The notes: generated from the sequence alone by a model not told the origin. A stretch of DNA of 64,000 nucleotides from the human T2T-CHM13v2.0 reference genome, Homo sapiens (GCF_009914755.1 NC_060925.1), one strand, 5' to 3'. Positions 13,868 to 32,812 are shown, numbered from the stretch's first letter. Made by a program: numbers and translations.

Positions 13868-14175
13868 TTTTTTTTTTTTTTTTGAGACAGTGTCTTGCTC
13901 TGTTACCTAACCTGGAGTGCAGGGGTACGATGAAAGCTCACTGCAGCCTCAGTCTCCCAGGCTCAAACTATCCATCTGCCTCAGCCTCCTGAGTGGCTGG
14001 GATTACAGTCATAAGCCACCATGCCTAGCTATTTTTTTTTTAATTTTTATTTTTAGTAGAGATGAGCTCTTGCTATGTTGCCTAGGCTGGTCTCAAACTC
14101 TCGAGTTTAAGTGATTCTCCCACCTCGGCCTCCTAAAAGTGTTGGGATTACTAGTATGAGCCACCGTGCATAGCC
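13868..14175 (-). mobile_element. AluJ-like
   Basis: Poly-T then GAGACAGTGTCTTGCTCTG...; flanks TAAAATGTGATTT / TAAAATGTGGATTT resemble a TSD. Confidence 0.9.
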
Positions 14176-14437
14176 TAAAATGTGGATTTTAAGAAGTATT
14201 TTTCTTTAATTAAATCAGAAAGTGAAGTTATCTGGTAAGAATGATATTTAATTGGTCTCCAATTCCAGTTTAGAGAAATCTTCATTTATTTTACCAAACT
14301 GGTTTGTTACCAGGATTGACTTGCTTTATCAGATTAGTGGAGAAAACAAATCTAATTTGGGCAAACAACGAGTATCTGCCTCATTTAAAAAAAAAAAAAT
14401 CAAAGTTTTGGTTTTTGAGCTGGCTTCAAAAGTGTTT

Positions 14438-15055
<618 letters not shown>

Positions 15056-15419
15056 AACTAAAACATAATCTCTTTTCAGGTAATCTGTTTTACATAAATA
15101 TTAGCATTGGGTCAGGTAATCTAAAAACGGACAAAAAATAGTTTCTTATCCCTGACAACTTACTACTCTCTGGGGAGAGAAATGAGACAAATATTCTGCC
15201 TACAAGGCAGAAGTTAAACTGGTTAAACTGTACTCTATTTTTAAAGCAATGGCTGTTTCAGAGCATGTTAGGTTGTGGGGGTAGAGGAGTGACACACTGC
15301 ACATTATCTAACTGCTGGAGTTTTCAAACAGCAGCTCAAGGGTAGAGAGAGGGAAGGAGAAGATAAATGGGATGAACAAATCATGCAGTGAAAGGCCCTC
15401 TTAAGGAGCTCTTGAACGC

Positions 15420-15672
15420 TCCCATGTCCAACAGCCGATTGAGAAATGTCACATGGTTGTTCAACATCTAACTTTGTATGTCCAAAATGGAACTTTTGGG
15501 TCCCTGTGCCAAATATGATCTTTCCTGAGTTTCCCTTTGGTTCAGAAAATGACACCTCCATACAAATAGTTGCTTAAGCCAAACAGCTAGGAGTTGTTCT
15601 TTGTTTCTTTCTTCCTGCCAGTCCCATACATAAACAACCTGCATGTTTTCCTGGCTTTCCCTCCAAAACATT
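15420..15672 (+). mobile_element. L2 fragment
   Basis: L2-like ...ATGTCCAAAATGGAAC... and ...CCCTCCAAAACAT. Confidence 0.5.
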
Positions 15673-16558
15673 AATTTTACTATTATTTGGATTCAAATTA
15701 CTTTGTTCTTGAATATATTATTTTACCAAATCAAATGAAATGAATATCACTGAGTTTCTACTATATGTTTACTTTATGAGGTATGAGGCATTCAGTACAT
15801 TTGTGTAAAACAAAAGATTTGTGGAATCTAGTTTAATAAGTCAGATAAAAATATTGTGATCTATTAAAATGATTGTCTAAATTTAACAGAAAGTTAATAG
15901 GGATGAACAAAGTCTTGCAATGCAGATTGTACAGATGGTTTAAATATAACTTCCAGAAAAAAATCATCTGTGGATATTAACCAACTGCCAGTTTAAGCAA
16001 AGTCTGTGATAGGATATAGCTGATAAAAATACTTCAGTTGACTTAATAGGAGTGTATACTCTGTACAAAACAAAAGAATTTGGTCCTGAGAGAGCAATAA
16101 CAAAGGCTAGAAATTACAAAAGGTAGATTTAAATATTATGTTAGAATGCACTTTCTAGCAATCAGGTAGTTTTTGGAGAAACATTCCAGTACTCGTTGGA
16201 TGACCATTTTCAGGATAATTGTAATGAAGCTTCATGCTTTATATTATATTCTATAGATTTACAGACAAAGATTTTCAGAAGAGTGTGCCTTGCTGAGCCT
16301 TTTGAAGAAAAATTAGTAAAATGCATCAGAACACCAACAAGAGAATCTAGAAAATAGTCCTTGTAAATAAAGGAATGTAGCAAGAGAACCCCCTTGTGGC
16401 CAGAGAAGATTTTTTTCCAAATGACTTTAGATTTTAAAAATCTTAGACCCAGTACACTTGAATTGTGAGTTAATTATACCATATTCACTAATTTGATTTG
16501 ATCATATTTGTTTGTTTTTGTTTGCTTTTCTCTCCTCTCTTTTTAAAAACAATTTATT

Positions 16559-22592
<6,034 letters not shown>

Positions 22593-22599
22593 AAAAAAT

Positions 22600-23885
22600 T
22601 ATTAAAATATAACACATATACAGAAAGCAATACAAATCATAAACTTACAGCTCCATGAATTATCACAAATTGAAACACCACTGTAATCAGCACACAGGTA
22701 AAGAATAAGAATATTATTAGCGTTCAGGATGTTCACCTTGTTTCCATTTCTAGTCACTACCCCTGCAAAAATAGTCGCTATTCTAATTTTTAACACCATA
22801 AGTAGGTTTTGACTATGCTTGAACTTTGATAAATGGGGTCATATGGTGCGTATTTTTTCTCATCTGGTTTCTTTCACTTAACATTATGTTTGTGGGATTC
22901 ATCTGTACAGATTGTGTGTATATATGGTTCATTTATTCTCACTGCTCTACAGTATTCCAGTTGTGAATACACGATAATATATTTATTTGTTCCATTGTGC
23001 ATTTGAATAATTTTCACTATAAAATAAGGCTGCTATGAACACTTTTGTACATGTCCTGTGACAAATTTGCATATGATTATGCATAAATGGGAGTAGAATT
23101 ACTGGAGCATGAGGTACACAGATGTGCAGCTTTTGTTAATATTGCTTTCCAGTTTGTAAAGTAATTGTACCAACTTGTATTTCTACAGCCAGAATTTCCG
23201 CTGTGCCACATTCTAGCTAAAACTTGGTTGACCTTTCTGATTTTAGTCAATATTGCAGGTGAGTAGTGGTATCTCGTTGTAGTTTTCATTGTCCTTTTCT
23301 TGATTACTGATGAAGTTGAATACTTTTATATATGTATATTGACTATTTCTGAAGTACCTAATTTTTCTATTGTTTGTCTATGTTGATTTGCAGTTGTCCT
23401 TTAAGTAGTCTGAAGTTCTCTGTTGAATATAGGAATGGGAAATATCTTCTTTAACTTTGCAGGATTTTATTTTAAGTTGTGTGTCTTTGATAAGAAGTTC
23501 TTAATTTTCAAATTTTAATTTTATTATTTTAAGGGGTTAGCACCTTTTTGCCTTTAAGAATGCTCTGTCTACGCCAAAGCCTGGAAATGTTCTAAAACTT
23601 TTAATTCTAAAAGTATGATTGTTTTACCTTTCACATACAAGTTTGCAATCCATTTGGAATTTATTTTTAAGTATGGTATGAGGTATGGGTCAAAATTAAT
23701 TTGTCTTCTGTGCCTATCAACTGACCTAGAACCATTTATTGAGTGGTTTCTCCATTTTCTCCATTGTATTCCCATGTCTTGTTTGTCATTAATCAGGTGA
23801 TAGTCTATGTGTGAGTCTGTCTCTGGGCTCTATTCTGTTCAATTGGTCAATTTGTCTCTCTTTGCGTTAATAACATAGCATCTAA
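22600..23885 (-). mobile_element. Old L1 (L1ME-like) 3' region
   Basis: Minus-strand ORFs 23077..23289 and 23569..23775 carry ORF2 C-terminal-like peptides (MKTTTRYH; DPYLIPYLKINSKWI). Confidence 0.65.
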
Positions 23886-23886
23886 T

Positions 23887-26400
23887 TGTCTTAATCTCTC
23901 CTGGCTGCTATGACAGAATATGATAAACTAGGTAGCTTTTAAACAAAACAAACTTATTTCTCACAATTCTGCAGGCTGAGAAGTCCAAGTTCAAGGAGCC
24001 AATAGGTTCAATGTCTGATGAGGGCTGCTTTTTGGTTTATAGATAGTAATGTATTGCTGTGTCCTCACACAGAGTAAGAGGAAGGCAGCTCTCTGAGGCC
24101 TCTTCTATAAAAGCACTAAGTTCATTTATAAAAGCCTGCCCCCGTGACCAAATTACCACCTAGAGGGCCCACATCCTTAAACCATCACATTGGTGATTAG
24201 GTTGTAACATATGAATTTAGGGCAGTGTTGGTATATAGAAATGCAACTGATTTTTGTGCATTAAATTTATTTCCCGAGACTTTACTGAATCCATTTATCA
24301 GGTCTAGGAGTCTTTTGGAGGAATTTTTAGGGCTTTCTAGGTATAAGATCATGTTGTCAGCAAACAGAGATAATTTGACTCCCTCTTTTCCAATTTGGAT
24401 GCCTTTTATTTCTTTCTCCTGCCTGATTGCTCTGGCTAGGTCTTCCAGTACTATGTTAATAGGAGTGGTGAGATTAGGCATCCTTGACTTGTTCCAGTTC
24501 TTAGGGGGAACGCTTCCAACCTTTGTCCATTCAGTATGGTGTTGACTGTGGGTTTGTCAGAGATGGCTCCGGTATGTCCCTTTGAGGTCTAGTTTGTTGA
24601 GGGTTTTTAAAAAAAATCATAATGAGATGTTGTATTTTATCAAGTGCTTTTTCTGTGTCCACACAAAAAATTGCCTAGGAATACATTTAACTGAGGAAGT
24701 GAAAGATCTCTACAATAGGAATTATGACACACTGAGGAAAGAAATTGTAGATGACACAAACAAATGGAAAAACATCTAATACTCATGAATAGGAAAAATA
24801 AATATCATTAAAATGACCATACTTCCCAAATCAGTTTACAGATTCAATTACTGTAGTCATTTTTCACAGAATTAGAAAAAACAATTCTAAAATTCATATG
24901 GAACCAAAAATGAACCCAAAAGTCAAAACAGTCTGAGCAAAAACGGACAAAGCCAGAGGCATTACATTACCTGACTTTATACTATGTGGCTGTAGTAACC
25001 AAAACAGCATGGTACTGGTACAAAAATAGATACATAGTTCAATGGGACAGAATAGAGAACTCAGAAATAAAGCCCCATACCTACAACAAACTGATATTTT
25101 ACAAAACTGACAAAAATAAACAATGAGGAAGGGATACGCTATTCAGTAAATGGTACTGGGAAAACTGACTTGCCATGCAGAAGAATGAAACTGGACCCCA
25201 TATATCACCATATACAAAAATTAACTAAAGGTGGATGAAAACATTAAGTGTAAAGCCTGAGAGTATAAAAATCATAGAAGAAAACGTAGGAAAAAATTCT
25301 TCTGGACATTGGCCTAATCAAATAATTTATGACTAAGACCTAAAAAGCAAATGCAACAAAAACAAAAATAGAGAAATGGGACTCAATTAAACTAAAGAGC
25401 TTTTGCACAGAAAAAGAAGCAACAGAGTTAACAGACAACCTACGAAATGAGAGAAAATATTTGCAAACTATGCATCTGACAAAGAACTAATGTCCAGAAT
25501 CTATAAGGAATACAAACAAATCAACAGAAAAATAACCCCTTTAAAAAGTGGGCAAAGGACATGAACAGACATTACTCAAAAGAAGACAGAAAAGAGGCCA
25601 ACAAACATATGAAAAATGTTCAACATCACTAATTGTCAGGGAAATGCAAATTAAAACCACAGTGAGATATCATCTCACACCAGACAGAATGGCTATTACT
25701 AAAAAGTAAAGAAATAACAGATGTTGGTGAGGATGTGCAGAAAAGAGAATGCCATACACTTCTGGTGGGAATGTAAATTAGTACAAGTCCTATGGAAAAC
25801 AGTATGGAGATTTCTCAAAGAACTAAAAATAGAACTACTCTTTGACCCAGCAATCCCACTATTGGTATCTACTTAAGGGAAAGGAAATCACTTTACCAAA
25901 AAGACACCTACACTTTTATGTTTATCGCAGCATCATTTACAATCTCAAAGTCGTGGAATCAATCTAAGTGTTCATCAGTAGTTGACTGGATAAAGGAAAT
26001 GTGGCACATATTTCATACGATGGAATACTATGCATAAATTCATGTTCTTTGCAGCAACATGGGTGGAGCTGGAGGCCGTTTTTCTACGTGAAATAACTCG
26101 GAATCAAAAAATCAAATATCAGATGTTCTCACTTACAGTGGGAGCTAAACAATGGGTACACATGGATATAAATATGGAAATAGTAGATGTTGAGGACTCC
26201 AAAAGAGAGGTGGAAGAGGGCAAAGCCTTGAAAAACTATCTATTGGATACTATGTTCGCTATTTGAGTAATGCTTTCACTAGAAGCCCAAACTTCAGCGT
26301 TACATAATATACCTATGCAACAAACCTGCACCAGTAACCCTGAATCTAATGTTTAAAAAAATGAATTTAGAGGGGCGATGCAAGCATCCAGACTATTGCA
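23887..26400 (-). mobile_element. MLT1A-type LTR split by an L1 insertion (pieces 23887-24220 and 26361-26400)
   Basis: TTATTTCTCACAATTCTGCAGGCTGAGAAGTCCAAG...; resumes after the L1 as ATGAATTTAG...CAAGCATCCAGACTATTGCA. Confidence 0.75.
24221..26360 (+). mobile_element. 5'-inverted, truncated L1 (L1PB-like): inverted part 24221-24660, forward part 24661-26360
   Basis: RT peptide on - strand (ORF 24197..24481, LFADNMIL) joined to + strand ORF2 continuation ([13 protein letters not shown]) and 3' UTR; TSD ATGAATTTAG at 24211 and 26361. Confidence 0.85.
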
Positions 26401-26451
26401 CATGTTTATGAAGGTTTTATAATATTACGTCTTCTAGTTTCATTTTCTTTT

Positions 26452-26945
26452 GCTCCAGTTATCAATTTATTCCCTCAGCTCCAAACTCATGCATTGCCCA
26501 GTCTCTGAAAATGGAAACAGTCCCTTTAAATGTTTTTCCTTTGTCAGCCGGCATAAACTTAACTTTTGTCAGTAGAGGGCGCTGAAGAGACATTGCAAGA
26601 GAAAGTTTTGCTCTCTGGTTCTGCAGATTTTGAAGCACGTGTTACTTCCCAGGGCCAGCTTCTGCAGCAGGCACAGCTATTCCAGTGCCAAGCTCCTGCA
26701 GTGAGTCCATGGTGGCCAGCAGAGCCTAGCAGCTTTCAGCTTTCCTCAGTATGCCCCTAAGGTGGTTTTGTAGCAATGTGACTCGGGTGAGACATTTCCC
26801 TCCCACCAGCTTTCCCCAGTAGCATAGAGTGTGAATTTCCAGCAGTTGTTACCAGTGCAGCGCCATAAGCACTTTTCTGGCATTTCGCGAGCCACAGTCA
26901 CATCCATGGTCTGGCTATCAGCCTGCCAGGACCTCTTCATTGTCT
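26452..26945. mobile_element. Probable ERVL LTR (LTR41-like) containing a CTCF-like motif
   Basis: GTCAGTAGAGGGCGCTG...GACATTGCAAG resembles the LTR41 consensus as recalled; boundaries uncertain. Confidence 0.4.
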
Positions 26946-27009
26946 AATATTTAAAATAATTCACTAGCAAAGTCATGGGGGTTGGGGATTTTCGTTGTAA
27001 GAAAGTTGT

Positions 27010-28050
27010 CCTTTAATTTTTTTTGCAATAATTTCACACTTACAGAAAAGTTGAAATATAGTACAGAAAGTTTTCATATACCCTTGATTCAACTTTCCTT
27101 AAAATTAACATTTCTCATAACCAGAGTAAAATTATCAACACCAAGAAATTAACATTGGTATAATATTATTAACTAAATCACAGATCTCATTCAAATTTCA
27201 TTAGTTTTTCTATTAGTGTCCTTTGTCTGTCCCAAGATCCATTTAAGATCTCACAATGTATTTAGTTGTTTCTTTAGTCTCCTCCAGTCTGTGACAGTTC
27301 CTTAGTCTTTCCTTGTCTTTCAGGATCTTGACACTTGAAGAATTCTGGGAAGTTATTTTATAATATGTCCTTCAGTTTGAGTCTGTCTGATGTTTTCTCA
27401 TGATTAGATGAAAGTTATGCAAAAATACCACACAAGCGATGCACTCTTCTCTGTGAATGATAACTGGGGTACCTGGCATCAATATGCCCATCCTGGCAAT
27501 GTTAACTTTGATCGTTTATTTGAGGTGGTATCTGTAGGATTTATCTACTTTAAAGTTACTGTTTTTTTCTTTTGAAATTAATAAATATACCAGGGGAGAG
27601 TCTTTGAGGCTATATAAATATTCTATTTCTCTCCAAATTTATACTCATTAATTTTAGCATACATTGCTGGATGATGCCTATAAACATTTATTACTATAGA
27701 GTTTACCTAATACTGATTTTCTACTTCACTAATTTTTCCTACATTTATTAATTGGAATTTAGAATTGTGAATTCTCACTCATTTATTTACTTACTCAGTT
27801 ATTTATTTATATCAGTATAGATATTTACTTTATTCTATGGTGATAATCCAATACTCTTATTGTTTTTTTCTCTCAAATTGTTCGGCTTTTGGTCATTTCT
27901 CTGCCTTCTGATACACCCCATTTGTTTTTGAGCATCTTCTTACTTTCTGGCATGAGAAGATATTCTACGTTCATTTTGTAGTTTTGTGATCCCAGACCTG
28001 TAGTCAAACATTTCTCCAAGTAGCCTTGTTTCCTTTTATTGGAGACTGAT
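27010..28050 (-). mobile_element. L1MC-like 3' end
   Basis: AATAATTTCACACTTACAGAAAAGTTG...CTCCAAGTAGCCTTGTTTCCTTTTATTGGAG. Confidence 0.65.
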
Positions 28051-28229
28051 ATGACACGATAGCTGGCTAACACCTTGAGTGACAGACCCTGAGCAGAGAA
28101 TCCAGCTGAGTCATGCTAATCTCCTAATCCATGGAAACTGTGCAATAATATATTTGAATTGTTTTAAAGCCTGTGGATAGTGATAACTTGTTACAAAGTA
28201 AGATAAAACTGATACACCCTTTTTTTCTA

Positions 28230-28980
28230 AGACATTCAATTTTGATATGCCATTCCTCTGCTTTTAGAGCCTTAATAACTTCTCATTGTCTTAATGATAA
28301 AATCCAACTTAATTAAAAACTTGCAAGGCCCTCTTGCACCCTCGTCACCTCCCTAGCCCCACCGCTTATGAATCCAATGCTGTCACTCCATTCCAGACAG
28401 ACCGAAATACTTGGATGGCCCTGATGACACCGTGTTCTCCTGACTTCCTTGCTTTCATTTCATGTCTCAGTTTAAACTTTGATTTGCTAGCAAGCCTTTT
28501 ACAAGTGCCCCAAGACTGGATGAGGCTACTGTTCTCCTGGCTTTCAGAGAATCTTGTTTAGTCCTTAGCCCAGTAATTCAGTTGTCTGTGTCTGACTGTC
28601 TTCTTGAGTATACAGCACTCTCTTTGAGGGCATTTTTTTCATTTTAATTTTTATGTTTTAAATCTTACCCACCGTTATCCTTCCCCAGGGTCTATGCCAG
28701 TGTGGACTGAGTGAAGGAGTAAATGAGCAAATGAACAGTGTAATGCCTTATGAATTCAGCAAAAGCCGAATCATCATCTGTTTGTTCCAGTGCAGTCAGG
28801 CTTGGCTTTGAACAGCATCCAGCTCCACGATTCTATCAGCTAAATTTTTTTTTTGTACTTTAAGAAATAGGGATAGTCATAGTGTTTACTGTACGCAGTT
28901 GTTCTGAGGAGAAATTAGGAAAAGGTATGCAGTTACACAATGCCACGTACAACTCTAAATTCCAATTAATAAATGTAGGA
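28230..28980 (+). mobile_element. L2 and MIR fragments
   Basis: L2-like CTTCTCATTGTCTTAATGATAAAATCCAA; MIR-like GTTGTTCTGAGGAGAAATTAGG; degraded. Confidence 0.45.
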
Positions 28981-29124
28981 CAAACGAGGGAAGTAGAAAA
29001 ATGCACAAGAAATGTTAACTATTAGCTTTACTGCAGTTTCTTCTTGGTAGTTATCATTTCATGCCTGCCTACATACATACAAGGGGACCAGTGATAGTTT
29101 TTATGTGCTCAGCAAGATTTTTTT

Positions 29125-29322
29125 TTTCTTTCTTTCTCTTCCTAGTGAGGAAAAAGAAAGTTAGTGGCAGTTGGCATGCTGCCAGCTGAGTTTTTTTGCT
29201 GCTTTGAGTTTCAGGTTTCTTTCTTTCTCTTCCTAGTGAGGAAAAAGAAAGTTAGTGGCAGTTGGCATGCTGCCAGCTGAGTTTTTTTGCTGCTTTGAGT
29301 CTCAGTTTTCTTTCTTTCCTAG
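29125..29322 (+). promoter_or_regulatory. IFI44L: IFI44L core promoter: two 91-bp tandem copies, each with an NFI-like site and an ISRE-like element
   Basis: 29125-29215 vs 29216-29306 identical at 89/91; TTGGCATGCTGCCAG at 29171 and 29262; AGTTTCAGGTTTC at 29207 and AGTCTCAGTTTTC at 29298; TTTC arrays; homologous to the IFI44 promoter. Confidence 0.85.
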
Positions 29323-29437
29323 AGTCTCTGAAGCCACAGATCTCTTAAGAACTTTCTGTCTCCAAACCGTGGCTGCTCGATAAATCAGACAGAACAGTTA
29401 ATCCTCAATTTAAGCCTGATCTAACCCCTAGAAACAG
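29323..29437 (+). other. IFI44L: IFI44L non-coding exon 1 (5' UTR)
   Basis: Follows the ISRE array; ends ACAG|GTAAGC; start inferred from similarity to IFI44 (GAGTCTCTGAAGC vs GAGTCTTTGAAGC). Confidence 0.8.
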
Positions 29438-29448
29438 GTAAGCGACTT

Positions 29449-29833
29449 TTTAATTGAAACATAGTATTTGTACGTATTTATGGGGTTATGTGTGATATTT
29501 TGATACAAGCATACAATGTAATGACCAAATCAGGATCATTGGGAAATCCATCACCTCAACCATTTATCATTTCTTTGTATTTGGAACATTCCAAATTTTC
29601 TCTTCTAGCTATTTCAAAATAGACAATAAATTATTGTTAACTATAGTTAAACTGTTGTGCTATGAACACAAGAACTTATTCCTTCTATGTAGCTGTATTT
29701 TTGTAACCATTAACCAACCTCTTTTCATCATCTCCTTCCTCTGACTTTCCCAACCTCTGGTAACCACCATGCTACTCTCTGCCTCCATGAAATCAACTTT
29801 TATTTTAAGCTTCCACGTGTGAGTGAGAACATC
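29449..29833 (-). mobile_element. L1MA-like 3' fragment with a 15-bp TSD covering the exon-1 donor
   Basis: TTTTAATTGAAACATAGTATTTGTAC...GTGAGTGAGAAC; TSD ACAGGTAAGYGACTT at 29434 and 29834. Confidence 0.85.
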
Positions 29834-30065
29834 ACAGGTAAGTGACTTCTTGCCATCCAATTTTGCTAGCTGTGTGTGAAGAAAAAAGCTTGCTTTCTTT
29901 TTTTCTAAAAAGGAGTTTCAGAGTGGAATTGCTGCTAATACTTTGCTCTTTCATTTGTCTTTTATTTTAATGAAAATTTCACACACAGATAACTAGAGAG
30001 TATAAATGAACCATACTGTAATCTGATATAGTTTTATCCAATTTTAAAAATGATTTGCTTTTTAA

Positions 30066-30436
<371 letters not shown>

Positions 30437-30654
30437 CTCTCCTATATTCTTTACCTTTCTTTTTATTTCCAGAAGGCAACATTATCTAGACTTTGGTATA
30501 AATTATTGTCATAATTGTTTTTATGGTTTTCTGTATGTGTGTATATATTTATCTAAATATGATCTCTAGTATAATTTGTTAAAATTACTTCTGTTTTTAT
30601 ATACCAGCAAAAATGGTTTTACACAATAACTTAAAAAATTAATATACTTATATT

Positions 30655-31235
30655 AATTTTATTTTTATTGATACATAATACATTACATATTTATGGGGTA
30701 CAGGTGATATTTGGTGATGCACTTAGAATGTGTAATGATCAAGTCAGGGTATTTGTGGTTTCCATCGCTTTGAGTATTTATTATTTCCATGTGCTGGGAA
30801 CAACCCAAGTCTTCTAGCTACTTTGAAATAGACAATACATTGCTTTTGGCCATAGTCACTCTACTTTGTTGTTGACTAATAGAACTTCTACCTTCTATTT
30901 AACTGTATATTTGTACTCATTAACCTACATCTCTTCATCTCTCCCTCCTAGACACCCACCCACCCTTCCTAGCCTCCAGTATTTATCATTATACTATCCA
31001 CATTTATAAGATCAACATTTTTAGCTGATCTAAAATGATGAGTGAGAACGTGTGATATTTCCTGTGCCTAGGTTATTTCACTTAATATTCTCCAGTTCCG
31101 TCCATGTTGCTGCAAATGACATGATTTTACTGTTTTTATAGCTAAATAGTATTCCATTGTGTAATATACCACATTTTCTTTATCCATCCACTTATGGACA
31201 GTTAGGTTGATTCCATATCTTTTCTATTGTTAATA
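30655..31235 (-). mobile_element. L1MA-like 3' fragment
   Basis: TTTTTATTGATACATAATAC...TTAGGTTGATTCCATATCTT. Confidence 0.75.
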
Positions 31236-31353
31236 GAAATTCACAATAGAAAGGTTGCTGTGATAAACCTGAGAGACACCAGAAGGAATTTTAACATATT
31301 GACCATACTAAACAATATTTAACATATTGATTGTATTCAGCTATCTTTTACAA

Positions 31354-31922
31354 TGTGGTGTACAGACTCTAAAATAGCTCCTAATTGTCCCTGTCCTATT
31401 TTTTTTTTAATACTCATGTCCGTGTATAATCCCCCCTTGTCTGTGGATGGAAACTGTGACTTAACGGTAACAAATAGAATTTGGCAAATGTGATATGTTA
31501 AGATTATAATGTCTGCTATGCTAGGAGATTCTCTCCCTTGCTGGTTTCAATGAAGTAAGTGGTCATGTTGGGGAGGCCCATTTGGCAAAGAACTAAGGGT
31601 GACTTCAGGCCAATGACTAACTGAGAACTGAGGATAACCTCTGATCATTAGCTAGCAAGAAATGGAGTTCTCATATCTACAACCATAAGGAACTGAATTC
31701 TGCTAACAACCATAGGAGCTTGGAAGCATGTCCTTCTCCCGTTAAACATTCAGAAGAGTCTGCAGCTGTGGCTCGCACTTTGATAACTGCCTCATGAAAA
31801 ATTCTGAAGCAGAGAACCAAACTGGATTTCTGACCCAGAGAAACTGTGAGACTATAAATGTGTGTTGTTTTAAGTCTCTAAACGTATGAGAAATTGCTAT
31901 GCAGCAATAGATAAATAGCACA
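31354..31922 (+). mobile_element. MLT1-family LTR
   Basis: TGTGG...GAACTGAATTCTGCTAACAACC...GAAACTGTGAGA...TGCTATGCAGCAATAGATAA. Confidence 0.7.
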
Positions 31923-32346
31923 CTAAATTAGTTAATACTATTACTTTATCGGTAGATGCTTTAAGGTTTTCCACATATAAGATAATATCATCTGTGAGCA
32001 GAGATGATTATACTTCCTTTATAATTCAGGTACCTTTTCCTTTTTCACTTTCTTTTTTATTTTGGCCTACTTGTTCTGGCTAGGACATTCAGTATTATGT
32101 TGAATAGAAGTGGTAAAAGTGGATAATCTTGTCTTGTACTTTATCTTAGAGGAAAAGCTGTCAGTTTTTCACTGCTGAATATGATGTTAACTATGAACTT
32201 TTTATACATGTATTTACTATGTTGAGGTAATTTCCTTCTACTCCTGGTTTAAGTGTTTTTTGTTTTTTGTTTTTTTTTTTTTTAAATCATGGAAGGACTT
32301 GGGTTTTATCAAATGTCTTTTCTGTATCTATTGAGATGACCAATTT

Positions 32347-32812
32347 GTATTAGTCAGCGTTCTTCAGAGAAACTGAACCAACATAAAAAAAATAAAATTA
32401 AAAAAAAACTAAGGAAATTTGTTATGGGAGGTGGCTCATGTGGTGTTGGAGGGCGAGAAGTCTCACTATCTGCCACCTGCCAGATGTAAAGCCAGGAAAG
32501 CTGGTGGTGTAATTCAGTCTGAATCCAAATGCCTGAGAACTGGTGGAGCCAGTGGTGGAACTCCCAGTCTGAAATCAAAGTCCTGGGAACTGTGGGAACT
32601 GAGAGAGCTGGAGGTGTAAGTCCCAGAATCCGAATGTTTGAGAACCAGGAGCTCAGATATCTGAGAGCAGAAGAAGATGGATACTCCAGCTCAAGAATAG
32701 AGAATTTGCTCTTCCTCTGCCTTTTTGCTCTATTTGGGCCCTCAATGGATTGGATGATGTCAGCTCATGTTGGATCTTTTTTATGCAGTTTACTAATTCA
32801 AATGCTAATCTA
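32347..32812 (-). mobile_element. MLT2-family (ERVL) LTR
   Basis: TGTATTAGTCAGCGTTCTTCAGAGAAAC...GGAAAGCTGGTGGTGTAATTCAGTC...ATTCAAATGCTAATC. Confidence 0.75.
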
